A stretch of DNA of 55,161 nucleotides, counting the filler, from Jimgerdemannia flammicorona (Eukaryota), in the NCBI GenBank assembly GCA_003990765.1. It is 2 parts of 2 records of this genome, joined end to end, with 100 filler letters (N's around TTAATTAATTAA, not from the genome) between each part and the next. Parts side by side here need not be neighbours in the genome. Positions count along the whole stretch, not along the records: positions 27,643 to 55,161 come from RBNJ01000623.1; 1 more part is not named here. The stretch is one strand, 5' to 3'. How positions within the stretch are numbered: the first letter of the stretch is position 1; each line of letters starts with the position of its first letter. Positions 40,543-54,185 of this stretch are shown piece after piece. The notes under the pieces are model-generated. The model searched no databases and was not told where the DNA came from. It worked only from the letters and a program-made list of their open reading frames with translations. The position numbers and the translations under genes were made by a program.

Positions 40543-41883
40543 TATAGCATAAAGAAAAGAGTATTTAACATAAGAAGTAATAATGTCAACTGCCAAATTT
40601 GATATTATGTGATAGCCAGGATGTACACTGATTGACTAGATGAATTAGTGACTTATAAGTTTATTCTATAGAATTGATATTTAGACTTAGTCAGTTTAGT
40701 AATAATTTAGTAGCTAATTTTGGCTATATTACAGATTAAGATATAGACCTCAATTATATATTATATCAGCTCTTAATTATAGTTGAATACAGTCTAAATA
40801 TCTGACCTAAGTAGTCTTGGGCCCTCTAATAACTCTCAAATAACTAGAGCCTAATCTTATAGATCACTAAGAGCTACTGAGAGTAATATTTACTATCTAA
40901 CTACTCTATACTAATTAGAAGATTCTACTGATATAGTATTTACAATAATTCCAATAATTATTATCAGTCTGATACCCAATTAGTCTATTATAATTATCCT
41001 TCTGCTTATCTGTGATAGTCATCTCCTCTCTCATCTCAATACTATCTAAAAAATAGTTACCTATATCTGAACTATACTTACTGAGAAGCTTGTCAAAGCT
41101 CAGAGAGCTTTATTATAGGTACTAACAATCTGTAGATAATCTATACTAGTACTTAATGCTCAAGAACAGCCAACTCTTTATATAATTCAAAATATATTAA
41201 GATGATATCTAATTGATGATAATAAAAGAAAGAAGTTATTATACTAAAATAAATATATTCTAGATACAGCTAAAGATATTAGAAACTATAAAAAAGTAGA
41301 GAAAGTACTAATCTGATACTAATAAAGAAGTAACTCATCACTATTGCCTTTCTCTCATTACTCAGTAAACTATATAAGATAGAGAGAATAAAGTTAGAAA
41401 AGAAGAAATCCAGATAGTTATCTACTGATTAGTACTCCTAAACAAATCAAATTAATTTGAATTGAATTGAATTAAGAGTCATTTGAATTGAATTGAGATT
41501 TTTTCAATTTGAATCAAGTTTAAATTGAATTAAGGGTTCAATTCAAATCCTATTTTTTGAAATATAATAACTTAATAAAAATATATCCAAAATTAACAAT
41601 CTTTAGCTTGTTAAATTCCTCTTATATAAAAGAATCTACAAGCTAAAGATTATTAAATTTAGACATGTTTTAGTCAAGTTATTACATTTTGAAAAATAGG
41701 GTTCAAATCAAATCTTAAATTGAATTAGACCTTTGATTTGATTTGATCAAATTAAATTTGGATCAAATTTAATTTAATTCAATTTATTACGCAGCTTTCA
41801 CCAGTAACATTCAGGTGACACAAGACTTAGATAACACTTTCGACAATGTTTTTGGTGAAAGGCAACTAGTAACATAGAGAGCA

Positions 41884-43899
41884 ATGACCATACAGGTATG
41901 TATATTAGGTCGGGTGGATCTAGGGCCTTCGACTGGCAGTAGGTGGGAAGGGGTTATGGCCTGGAGATGGGGGCTTTCAGAGGACTGAAGAATGGAGAAG
42001 GCTCTAGAGGGGGACTGGTGTCCAGTAGCAATGGGGGAAGATCTGGTCTCCCGAGCTTCACCGACAAGGTTAAGGGGAGTAGGTGGCTGGCTGGTAATAG
42101 GGCTGGTGCTGCTGAGGGGAAAGGCAAGATGAGCCTTGGGAGGGGGGGCAGTGCTTCGGCTGGAAGTGCAGGTGTAGGGGCTGGAGACACTGTGGCTAGG
42201 GGTGTGACTGTTGATGGGAGTGTGATGGGAAATCAGGAAAAAAAAGGAGATATGATGGCTGATGGCCAGAGGGGGCAGGGGTTTCCGATGCAGAAGGGGG
42301 ACCTGGTGGATGGTGTAACAGGGCTGGTAGTAACCCCATTACTCAAGAAGTCAATCTCGGAGTTTATAGTGACCTTGTGCTTCTGGGGCTTGGCGGTAAC
42401 AGTGAGGATGGTTCTGGGGCTTGTCTCAAAGCAGGTGGCTGGGGCAGCCTCAGTGAAGTTCTTGAAGGATCTGGAGGGAGTCGAGGTAGGATTTGAGGAG
42501 GCCAGTCCACTGGATGAGGCACTGAAGACTGGAGTTATGATTGGGGAAGTGGTGGTCCCCATGGTGTGGTGCTTGTGATGGGACCCCAGAGTGGTGCAGC
42601 TTCTGGTAAAGAGAGTGTCCATGGTGACCAAGGAAGAGACTAGGAAGAGGGTGGAGGAGGTGATGATTGAGTATGACATAGTGGACATCAGCTTTCAAGT
42701 GTGGGAGGGGACAATAATCAGGATGGGCAACATTGATGTCAGAATTCAGCTGGTGGGAAAGGAGGCTATAAGGAAGGCAAGTGACTGGCCTTCTGTACTG
42801 ATGTGAGGGGCATTCATCTGTAAGGTATTGAGGGTGAAGGGGAGTGAGAAGGAGGAGGAGAACTTGTTGGAGGTACTGGAGGAGATGAGTGGAGCTGTGG
42901 AGAGGAGGGTGAGAGCCTGGAAGATGTATGAGGAGTCGATACATCTGGAGGTTGTGGAGGGGAAGTGAATCTACATGGACAAGGGGCAGTGGGAGTGGGC
43001 ACAGAGGCGCAGGAGGCAGAGGGAGCTACTGGCGAGTATGACTGTCAAGGCAAAGAAGAAAGCAGTTGGGGCTGAGGTGTCTGGGGGCATCGAGGCCAGT
43101 GTCTGGGCTAGTAAAGGGGTAGGGGAGGTGGAGGTAGGCAAGGAAGGAGATGGGAAGGTGCTGAGTAAGGACCCTTTTGCCAATGGCACCTTTGAGGTCT
43201 GGGAGCTGGAATTGGACTCCACCCCCCCCCCCTCTGATTAGGAGGGGCCCGGCTGCAAAGAGAAGGGCATCAGAGGATATGCTGATGAAGGGGGCCCAGT
43301 GAGTGCATTTTGGGGTCTCTGATATAGTAAAAGGGGGCCAAGTGGTGGCAGCTGGTGAGGATGAGCTGGTGGATGTCCCTGAGGAGGAGTGGGATGAGGC
43401 TGCCAGTGTGGGTGCTGACACCACAATGTTGGATGTGGGATGGCCAGAGACTCCTGGAGAGAAGGAGGTAGGAAACTTGCTGTAGATGAGCAAGGTGATG
43501 AATAACCTCGCAGCTGATGCATTGGGAGAAGTGGACTTGTGGGTTATACCTGAGGGATACTGGGAGAAAATTCTGTATGGTGAGGGAGTAGTGGAGGCAC
43601 TGAAGGGGGAGATTCTTGCAATTCTCTTAAAGGAGGAGGGATATGAGGTCGATGAGGTGAGGAAGGTAGAGCTGGTGGTGGCTGCAGGTGAGCAGGCAAC
43701 ATACTGCTGGGCTGAGCAGCATAGTTTGCAGCTCTGGAGGGAGGCCTGTCTGGAGTATCGAGAGGAATTTGAGGAGAGGGAAGATGAGGTAATGGTAGAA
43801 CTCCTGGGTGGATTAGAGGTACAGGAAGCTGGGGAAAGGGAACTAGCTGCTGAACATGAATTGGACTTGATGCAGGGAGAGCTGAATGTGGACTTGTAG
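41884..43899 (+). pseudogene. LINE ORF1
   Basis: Homologous to 4199-6225. Confidence 0.8.
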
Positions 43900-43930
43900 A
43901 GGATGGGATCATTTTCTAACATTATTCCTT

Positions 43931-46900
43931 ATGAACAGTACAACTAATATTTTCTCTTTGAATGTGAATGAGCTGAGGGGGTCTGGATGGTGTAAGAACA
44001 TTTTTACCTGACTCAAGGGATTGGAGGCTGATCTCTTTTTACTATAGGATGTACAGTATGAGGATGAGGATGATCAGGTAAAGTGGACTAAGAAATGAGA
44101 TGGGGCTTCTGCTTGGTTTGGAAAAGTGGTGATTCTGGTGAGGAAGGGTAGAGGTGACTTGGAGGGAATCAGGAGCTGGGGTGACCGTTTGGTCTGGGGT
44201 GATTGGCAGCGGCCAGGGTGGGAGTCAGTGAGGGTTGGCTCTTGCTACTGCCCTACAATTAGGGGTGAGAGAATTGCTTGGATTGAGGAGCTGCTGGAGG
44301 AGGGTGTTCTCTTGGTAGAAGGGGTCAATGTAATTAGGGGGGACTTTAATATGGTTCGGGATCAGCGTCTGGACTGCACTGATGGTGGGAGGAGTGCAGG
44401 AGGGAGAAGTGGAGGCCTGGATGCATGGGAGGAGGTGGAGAGGTTGAGCTCCTTAGGGGATATGGGTAGAATGCGATAGGGTGACTCCAGGGTCTATATG
44501 CATTGGGTGAATGGCTTGGGTATAAGGATTGACTGGATTCTGACAGTGAAATGCTGAGGGTCTGATGTCTGGAAGGTATTGGAGGTGGAATGGTGCCCAT
44601 GGTCTGATTACTGGGAACTGTTGGGACAGAGGCAGTTTGGGGGGAGTGGGGATGGACCCAGACATTGGTACCTCAACTCCTCCCTACTAGCTGAGAAGGG
44701 GTTGTGGGATTCATGGGTAGAGGACATTCAGGCAAAAGTTTCTTGCTGGTAGTGTGAGGGTTTGTCAGTAGGTGTCCGGTAGATGAGGTTGAAAGAGGCT
44801 GTGAGGGTCTATTGGAGAGAGGCTGGGAGAGAAGCTGGAAGAAGAAGGAGGAAGTGTACAAGGTATGCTTCCAGCAGGCTGAGATTGTAGATGGATTGGA
44901 CTGATTTGCTTACTTCTGATAGGGTAGAGGATTGGAGGTTAGCATGGATTAGATTGGAGATATTGGAACTGCAACAGGTGCTGAGAGAAGAGGAGGAGGT
45001 ACATATGCAAGGTATGGCTACTAGGCTATGGTAGCAGGGGCTTGAGGAGGGTGAGTGGCCTACTAGATATTTATCCCATCTGCTCAATGCTAGGAGGGTG
45101 AGACATCAGTGAGATGGAGTCCTCGATGCTGATGGGGATATGGTGCATAGCACACAATGAATCCTAGGGGTTTTGAAAGAGAGATGGTAGGGTTTGTGGA
45201 GTGAGAATGAAGGGGGTGCTGATGAGGCAGCTATTGAAGAGGCATTAGGAGAATGGAGGCCACTGCAAGTGGCTGAACTGAATGACTTAGCCTTGCCAGT
45301 GTGAGGTGAGGAAGTCCAGAGTGTCCTTGCAGCAACTAAAACTGGAACAGCACCAGGGGAGGATGGACTACTGTGGGACTTCTGGAAGAAGATGGTCAAG
45401 GTCTCCGGCATTCTGGGGGAGATGACTGCTCTCTGTGATCATGTTCTTCAGAGTGGTGAATGGGTTGGGGAGCAGGATCTTGGGCTGGTGGCTTTATTGT
45501 ACAAAGACAAGGGGAGGAGAGAAGACTGGAAGAACTGGCAGCTGATCATGCTTTTGGACATGGACAGGAAGATAGTAACTAAGGTGGTTGTTGCAAGGCT
45601 GCAGAAGGTTGCCCAACAGGTACTGAGAGAGGAGCAGTGGGGCTTTGTTGGAGGAAGGCTTATTAGAGATGGGACTGCTTGGGTACATAGTGTCATTGAA
45701 GGGGCCTAGGCTTGTGGCCTGGATGGGAGGTTGGTCTTTTTGGATCAGGAGAAGGCCTATGACTGGGTCCAGCGGGTTTGGCTGGGCAAGGTGTTGGATC
45801 ATATTGGTGTTCCTCCTGGATTTCAGGCTTCTATGGTGAATCTGCTTGAGGGCAGTCAGGCAGTGCTGTTGTGTAATGGTCACCATGGTCAGGTATTTAC
45901 CTTAAGAAGAGGGGTTCCTCAGGGGGACCCCTTGTCCTCTATTCTTTATACTCTCTTGTTGGAACTATTAATGGATAGGATTCACCAGAAGGTGGTGGGG
46001 CTCTCTATCTATAGCATAGTGTGGAAGGTGGGGGCCTTTGCAGATGATATGGTAGTTGGTCTTGGGTCTGTGGTGGATGTCGAGGCACTTCAGAAGACAG
46101 TGGAATGGTATGAGGTTCACTCTGGGGCAAAGCTCAACTGGCATAAGTGTGAGACTATGGTGCTAGAGAATGGACTGGTGGATGGGGACATCATTGGAAC
46201 AATTGTCCCTACTGGTGAGGTGGTATGGTATCTGGGTATCTTCCTCTCTGTATATGGTTCTGTCTTACCATGAGTGTGGTGGGAGAGCAGAGTGGCTATT
46301 TGGGGAGAGGCCCTTCGAGGTTGGGGAGGCCACCATATCTCTCTAGTAGGGTGGGTATCAATTCTGAATACTTACTGGTTTCCCAAGCTGTGGTATGTGG
46401 CATATCACCTAGACTTCCCAGCTTGGGTGGTGAAGAGGCTGATGAAGGTGGCTAGGGATTGGATTTGGGCAGAGAGAAGGTCCTAGATCAGTTGGGATGC
46501 TCTTGCAATGCCGGTGGATAGGGGAGGTCTTGGCCTTGTGGATTTCCCTAAGAGGCTGCACTGCTTGTGAGTCTGGTGGATGAGGAGAGCAGCTGAACTG
46601 CAGGGAGAGGGTTGGGTACTTCTGATATAGAAGGTGTGGGAGATGAGAACCTCCCCCCAAGGGTTCTCAGGAGATCTACTCTCTTTGGTAGAGCTCAATA
46701 GAATTTGGCAGCTGCAATTTAAGGGCTTTTGGTGGGGAGTGGTCAATAGAGCACACCGAATTGGTCTGCACTGGCAAGGCAATGAGGGGGAGGTGTTGTG
46801 GGGTCCTCATATGTGGTGATGGGATAGACTGCTTCTGGGGGGTGCTCCACTTATTACTTTTGATATTGGGGATGGAGTGGAGTGTCAGCAGGGTCTTGGC

Positions 46901-47589
46901 CAAGACCTTTGGCCAAGTGGTTGACAGGTAGTCAGGATTGGCGAGGAGTGGGACTGGGCTGGTATCTGGTCTTAGAGTGCTGAGGTGTGGCGGTGGCTTT
47001 CCCCCAAGTTCTGGGTAGTGTGGTGGTGAATGCTGTAGAGGAACATCATGCTGAATTTCCACACCGGGCATCTGGTGGATGGTGGCTGTTTTTATTGTGA
47101 GAAGTGTTACAATGTAGGGTAAGTTAGGGGTTTGGTGCAGATGCCGGAACATTGGCTGGGGGAGTGTGAGGTTTTGAGGGACTTTTGGGTTGAAATAGGG
47201 AATAGACTGGGTATGAAGTGCAGGCCAGCAGGTGAAGGGGATCACTGGGAGGACTTGAGATCTCGGCTGGTGGAGGGGGGGTGGGTGATAGTTGGCTCAC
47301 TATCAGATGGGTGTTAGCAGTTTGGGTGGGTCTGACAGGACATTGGCTATTTGTGTTTGAGGAAAGATAGTAGATGAGCCTGCAGAAGAAGATTGTAAGG
47401 TGGGAGGAGCTGTTGGGGGATCTGTTGACTGGATGGTGGATAGGTTGGGGTCCCCCAGAGTGGCAGCGGTATGGTTTGGTGACAAGGATATGTGAACAGA
47501 GTGGTGGGAGGGTGGGAATTGTATTTGATAGAGTAGTGTTTCATCGAGAAGAGATAGGGAGGAGGAGCCCCCCTAGGGGGATTGGATAG
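43931..47589 (+). pseudogene. LINE ORF2 (APE + RT)
   Basis: MNSTTNIFSLNVN; FLDQEKAYD; RRGVPQGDPLS; AFADD; ends PPRGIG*. Confidence 0.92.
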
Positions 47590-48229
47590 GGGGTGGGTTT
47601 ATTGTATTTATATAGGATAGATGGGTGTAATAAAGGATGAGTCCAAGTGACTATAAAAAAAAAAAAAAAAATCAATTCAATTTATTAAGAGCACTATTAC
47701 TGATATCTTATAATCAGTATGATAGTAGAGAAAGGAGCTGTTTTTATATAGTATATAGATAATGTAAATTAGTTATAATATAATAATTTAAGTAATAATT
47801 AATATTTATACTATTTTTATAATAATTTCTTAGTATTTCTTAATTATAGTCTATTTTTATATCTTTTTTTCTTTTTTTCTAGTCTTTTTTTATCTTTTTT
47901 TAACACTAAGTATCTTATCTTAATTAGTTATAAAATCTTTTGAAATATTGTAAAATTTTATTAGTCATCTTTACTAAGAATCTATTTTTTGACTTTTCTT
48001 TTTATTTTTAAGATTCTTCTGAATTCTTCTTTTAGATCTATATAAATATTTCTATTTTCTACTTAAATAAAGTATAACTTATTATTCAAGACCTCTTGAA
48101 TCTATAAGTATCTCTTTAAGTTACTTTAGATCTATTTAAATATTTTCAGATTTAGTTACTTTTTCTTAAAGAAACTAGAACTATTATATTTAGTAATAGT
48201 GGGTAATTATATCTTGCCTTATTAAGAAG

Positions 48230-51200
48230 CCTCATACAAATTTGGAAACTAGTCACAACTAGTCATATATATTCAAAATAAACTATGAAGAATCTGTCAA
48301 CTAGTCAGAATCTACAGTAGTAGAGAGTACAGATCCAGAGATATATATGAGTGGATCTAGTAGAAATAATTATTACTATAGTATACTAGCTTTAATATCT
48401 ATAAGTATAGCTAGAATAATAGAAAATAAAGAATATAGTAGTATATCTCATAATTATATCTATTAGTTTTAAGTCACTCAAACTAGATACCTTTGATGAC
48501 TACTGAGAAAAACTATCTACTAATATTTAGACTTTCTAATTAGACTAAACTTCAAACCTATAAGAATAAGAGAAGACATATAAGTCTAATTTGCCACTAC
48601 TCTTCTCTGAGGAAATATTACTATCTAATAATATAATTATATTATAATTATATCTATCTATCAAGAAATAAAAATAAAAGATTGGACAATTTTCAAAAAA
48701 GCCCTTTATAAGTAGTTCAAGTCTGCTAATACTACCAAACTAGTCAGAGATAGACTAGTAAATATCAAGCAACTTAAGTCTATATAAAGTTATAATATAT
48801 AATTTTTGTTAATTCTCTTAAAGTTACTATATCTAAGGCTTAAAGAGAAATATATAAGTTAAGATTAAACTAGAAGAGCTAAAATCTCTTGAAGATACTA
48901 TAATAATAGCTAATAGATTTAATATCATTATCTATAGTTACTACTTTAAATTAAAACACTATAACAAGAACTAGTCTAGAACTATAGAACCAGCTCTAAT
49001 AGATTTGGACTTTATAAATAAAAAAAATACCAAGTTTACCTCTGAAGAGAAGGAATATCTAAAGAAGTCAGAAGTATATTTTTTCTATTACCAAATAGAA
49101 TATATTGTAACTAAATATTCTAAGAAGATAAGTGAACCTATAAGATCAGTCATTATGTTGTTTAAAGATATATTTGTTAATTTTACTATCAGTTAGTCAG
49201 AATTTAAGATTAAGAAGCTATATCTAAAGACTCAGATTCTTTAATATTAATCAGAAGAAGCCATTGGTCTTAATATATATTCAGTTAAATAAGTCACCAT
49301 TTTTGTAAAAGAAAGAACCCTAGTATCTACTAGAATTATAATTCAATATCTAAAAAACTACTATGTAAGAATTGTATTTAGATCAGAACTTAGCATCAAT
49401 CATCATTTAGATATTAGTACTAGTGTTATTGATCCAGACTATTAAAGATAAGTTCAAGTTTTACTTATCAACCAGAAGAACTAAGACTATATAGTCAAAA
49501 AGAGAGACTGAGTTATACAAATAGTCCTAGAAGAAGTAAGTCAACCCAGAGTTACAAAAGTCCAAGAACTATTCTCAATTATGTGAGATCAGAAAGATTT
49601 TGAAAGTATAGACCAATAAGTAAGTCTATCTGAAAACTAGGTTCAAGTAATACTCATCTTTAAAGAACTAGTAAAAGGAAAAGATATTTGAGCAACTAGC
49701 TACTTCATCAACTAGAATCTTATCAAAACTCTCAAGATTCTCACTAAGCCTATATTTAGAAATGAGAAAGTAGTTACAGCAGATAATATACTATATCCTA
49801 TCAAGTCAATTACTACCAAACTATCTATCAAGATCTAGAAATATTGAAAATAAGTTAATTTTAAGATTATACCTATAGGAGATCATAATCTGATCTTAGG
49901 AAAACTCTGACTTAAGTATAATCTAAATATTGATTAGTATAAGAATGAAGTTGCTCTACTATAAGATAGAGCTAATATTACCATCAAGTTAGACAAGCTA
50001 GTGAATAAGATTCAGATTATAACCCTATCAGTAATATAGTATAGAAGATACTTAAGAAAGTAGTATATACTTTTATCACTATTATCTATTCTAAAAAATA
50101 AGACAAAAAGCTATTAATTAATAAAAGTATCAAGTTACTACTAGAAGAATTTAAGGATATCTTTCCAGATAAGCTACCTGATCTACTAATCTGTATGAGA
50201 AGAAGACTATAAAATTAAACTGATCTCAGATATTATACTATTCAAAAAGTATATATTATATATTTTCTCTCAAGATAGAAGTAATCAAGAAAGTACTAGA
50301 AGAACTACTCATCCAAGGAGTCATTCAGTCTAATAAGTCTCTCTATAGCTTATCAGTTCTTTTTATCAAGAATAAGGATAAAACTCTATAAATATAAATA
50401 TATAGACTACTATATACTTAATAAACTTATAGTTAAGAACTAGTATCTACTATCTCTTATTGACTAGATCTTTGATACTCTCAAGAATACTAAGTACTTT
50501 ACCAAGCTAGACCTCATGTCTGAATATCACCAAAAGAAGATATCTCTAAGACTGTTTTTCATAATCTCCTTTAGACTCTATAAATTTCTAATCCTAGTAT
50601 TTAGTTTCATTAATATATCTATAATATTCCAGACTCTCATAAATAAGATATTTAAGAAATAACTTTTTATTTTCTTATTGATATATCTCAATGATATTCT
50701 AATCTTTAGTATAATTAAAGAAGAATATCTTAAGTATATTTGTCTTATTTTAGAAATTCTGTAAAAATATAAGTTATATATCAAATTCAAGAAATCCAAA
50801 TTTTTTACTATATTGTCTCTGCTTAAGAAATCCAGATAGACCCATATAAGATAAGGTAATTTAAGAATAGCTCAAGTTAGCAAATCTTACAAAACTCAGA
50901 TTCTTTCTTAGCTTAGTTAGCTATTACTGCTACTTTATCAAAAACTTCTTTAGAATTACTAAGCCTCTTATGAAGGTACTATATTTAGAGTATTCTATAT
51001 CTTATACCTAAGATGCCTTTTATCAATAAGTACTCTAAGAACTCAAGAACTGTCTAACTAATACCTCAGTACTACAAAATCTTAATTTAAATCTAAAAAT
51101 TTACAGATACTACTAATGTCTCAAATTTTGTTATTAGAGTAGTCTTATTATAAGATAATGGAAAAGGATACTGCTCTATCACCTTTAAGTTATAAAAACT

Positions 51201-52405
51201 ATTACCAGCAGAACAGAAGCTAGTAGTGCTCTGAACAAGTCAATCCAGATAGAATTTGGATGAGATTTGAATCAATAATTATTTTAATTTACCAATTAGA
51301 TAATTAAATATTTACATCAATAATTTGATGAATAATCATCCAAATTTAATAATCTTGATATCATTTGAAAACTCTTAATAAGGCCTTTCTAATGATATTA
51401 AGAATATTAAAATCAGATAATACATTGCTGAGATATTAAGGAAAATATTCTATTTGATGAAATTTCCAAAATCAGTAAATCAAATAATTTTCCAAATTAA
51501 TAATTCAGATGTTTTTCTTGATAACTCAGCAATACATGATCTGATTTTAATATTCTTAATATCATTAAAAAGACCTTATTAAGGGCTTTCAAATGACATC
51601 AAGATCATCAAATTTGGATGATTATTTATTGAGTTATTGATATAAACATTTAATTATCTAATTTGGAAATCAAAACAATTATTGATTCAAATCCATCTGG
51701 ATAGGATTTGAATTCCATCTGAGTTGATTTAGATGGGATTCAATCTAAATCAATTTGAATCCAATTTGAATTTAATTGGAGCTTTTTCAATTTAAATTAA
51801 GTTCAAATCAAATTAAATTCAAATTGTGATTCAATTCAATTCATTGAGAGCACTAGATACTACTTAGAAGATATTGAGTTTGATATTATTACTAATTATC
51901 AATTTCTCAAGTATATTAATACCAAATCTACTTGTTATATCAATAAGCCAAATAGAGCCAGAAACTTCAAACTTTCAATCTGATGATTATCTATAAGTCT
52001 GGTAAGATATTTATAGTATTAGATATCTTATCAGAATGTCTAGACCTTACTATAGTAATATAAGTTACCTTGGTATCAGAATTTCTAGACCAAATCAGAC
52101 AAGTTTATAAGAAAGATACTATAGCTACTAGAGTTTTCTTAAATAAGCTCAAGGATATATAAATTCTTAAGGATAATCTGATCTATTTTAAGACAAACTC
52201 TATCTACTAATAATATGGAACTTTACTATAAGATACTATAAGAACACTATAACTTCTTATTTACTAGTTACTTTGAATTTGAGAAAGCTATTAAGAATCT
52301 TCAATATTACTACTACTGATCCAATATAATTAAGAAAATCAAGAACTATATTACTAGTTATAACCTTTATCAACATAATAAACCCAGTAATCAAGTACTA
52401 GTCAG
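48230..52405 (+). mobile_element. Old, heavily mutated Gypsy of a different family (gag, dUTPase, PR, RT, RH, start of IN); 5' boundary uncertain
   Basis: Decayed LK.DTFD; zinc-knuckle remnant ~49070-49120; VIDPDY ~49425; RT/RH remnants (KLLPAEQ, YYLE..FDIIT); IN zinc-finger remnant. Confidence 0.75.
51224..51855. mobile_element. Non-autonomous hAT/MITE with long internal inverted repeat
   Basis: TIRs tagtgctc / gagcacta; ~190-bp arms ~51265-51450 and ~51510-51695; TSD not intact. Confidence 0.82.
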
Positions 52406-52781
52406 TAGTGCTCCCAAACGAATTGAATATATTTGAATCAAATCGAATTGAGATTGATTTGAATCAAATGGAAATGGGGATTTTCATATTCGAATTGAAT
52501 TTGAATCGAATCAAATTTAAATCGAATTAGGGGTTCGATTCGATTCGATACGAATTGAATTGGGGGTTTGATTCGATTCAATATGAATCGAATTAGAAGT
52601 TCGATTGAGGGTCTCAATTTGTCACACGTAACATATGCTACAAAATTTTTATTACCAAGTAACTGAAATTCTTTTTATTGTCTACCCCCCTGTGCCTGCA
52701 ATGGTCTACTTCCTACAAAAATTTTTATTGCTAAGTAACTGAAATTCTTTTTATTGTCTATCCCCCTGCACCTGCAATGGT

Positions 52782-53549
52782 CTACTTCCTGTGATGCCTG
52801 GCTGCAGCTGCCATCCGCTGAGCATTGTTATATGGTCATTTTTCAAGAGGAAGGTTTGGTGTCAATGGGTTTAACTTTTGGCAAATTTTGAGTAAGGTAC
52901 TGCATGTCTTTCCATATTACTGGCAATTGAAGCAGCTCGTACAAGGCTTGTCTCTTGGCCTTCTTGGAGTAGTGGTAGCCTTAGTGGCGTCAGCGGCCTT
53001 GGTGGCATCAGCAGTCTTGGCAGCATCGGCGGCCTCGTTGGTGGCCTCATTAGCAGCCTCATTGGCAGCCTCGTCGGCAGCCTCATCATCTTGAATAGTA
53101 AGGATGGTGTTATCATCTTAAATTGCAGTCTTGTCTTGAATTTCTTGAATAATGGTCTCGTCATCATCTTGAATAGTAATGATGGCCTTGTCATCTTGAA
53201 TAGTAATGATGGCCTTATCATCTTGAGTGGCCTCGTCATCTGTTGAAAGAAGAATAACCTCTTCTCCCTCACTGCTGCCAGCTGAAAGGAGGATAGCCTC
53301 ATCTACCTCGTCGTTGTCTGAGTCGTCATCATCATCTGAATGGAGAAAGATAGTGTCATCTGTTGCCTTGATGAATTCTTCGATAGTATCTATAATTTTT
53401 CTTTTTTTCCTTTTACATTGAGCTTTGGTGGTGGTTATTCCTTCTTTATTTAGCCATGTAATGATTCTGCCAATTTGATGATTCATCATTTCAAATGCTC
53501 CAGAGATGGTTTCAAGGTAAGCATGAAGGTTATTTGTAGGAGTATTCAT
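52782..53549 (-). pseudogene. Acidic low-complexity ORF (256 codons) with C-terminal Cys cluster inside the hAT
   Basis: MNTPTNNL...; three in-frame stops of C->T type; CTSCFNC..YGKTC......C. Confidence 0.55.
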
Positions 53550-53644
53550 TATGAAGGTTATTAGCAGGAGAAATGTTTTTTTTTTTTTTTTTTTTTTCTT
53601 TTTTCACTATTAGAGGCAGCTTATTTATATGTTTTACCTAATGC

Positions 53645-54070
53645 CATAGCCATAGCCATATCCAAAGTACCATATCTGAAGCTCTTGGCTACATATGTTT
53701 GAAGCGCCACCTAACTACATATGTTTGAAGTGCTGCCATATCTGAAGCTCTTGGCTACATATATGTTTGAAGCACCACCTGACTACATATGTTCAAAGTG
53801 TCACCATATCCGAAGTACTGCTATATCTGAAGCTCTTGGCTACATATGTATGTTCAAAGCGCAACCATATCTGAAGCTCTTGGCTATGTATGTTCGAAGT
53901 GCCACCTATGCTTAAATCTGTTAAGTATTTGCCTTGGCATTTGCTCACTGTCACTGACAAGAACCAAGAGTTTGCTCTTCACTGCCATATTCGAAGCACC
54001 GCCATCCACTTGGCTATGTATGTGCTGCCATATTGGAAGCTCTCAGTGCCACCACATCTGAAGCGGCTAT
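53645..54070. repeat. Degenerate tandem array (ccatatctgaagctcttggctacatatgttcgaagcg)
   Basis: Directly visible repeated units. Confidence 0.8.
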
Positions 54071-54185
54071 CATTTCGACTAAGGGGTTTTATTTGAAGGT
54101 ATGTATATCAGAAATTACCAGAAAAAAAATATATATATATATTTCGAGATTTTGGAATTGGCTAGCTTATTGGAATATTAGATTG

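Larger units (their letters stand above)
41790..47671 (+). mobile_element. Full-length L1/Tx1-like LINE, copy 3, with poly(A) tail and 14-bp TSD
   Basis: TSD aattcaatttatta at 41776-41789 and 47674-47687; AATAAA ~47630; poly(A) 47655-47671. Confidence 0.95.
41430..47696. mobile_element. Non-autonomous hAT/MITE (41430-41789 + 47688-47696) split by LINE copy 3
   Basis: TIRs tagtactc / gagcacta; 8-bp TSD ctactgat / ttactgat; internal inverted repeat ~41546-41703. Confidence 0.85.

Noticed and set aside
40543..41429. AT-rich degenerate coding-like sequence
   Set aside because: No recognisable motif; probably an old TE remnant
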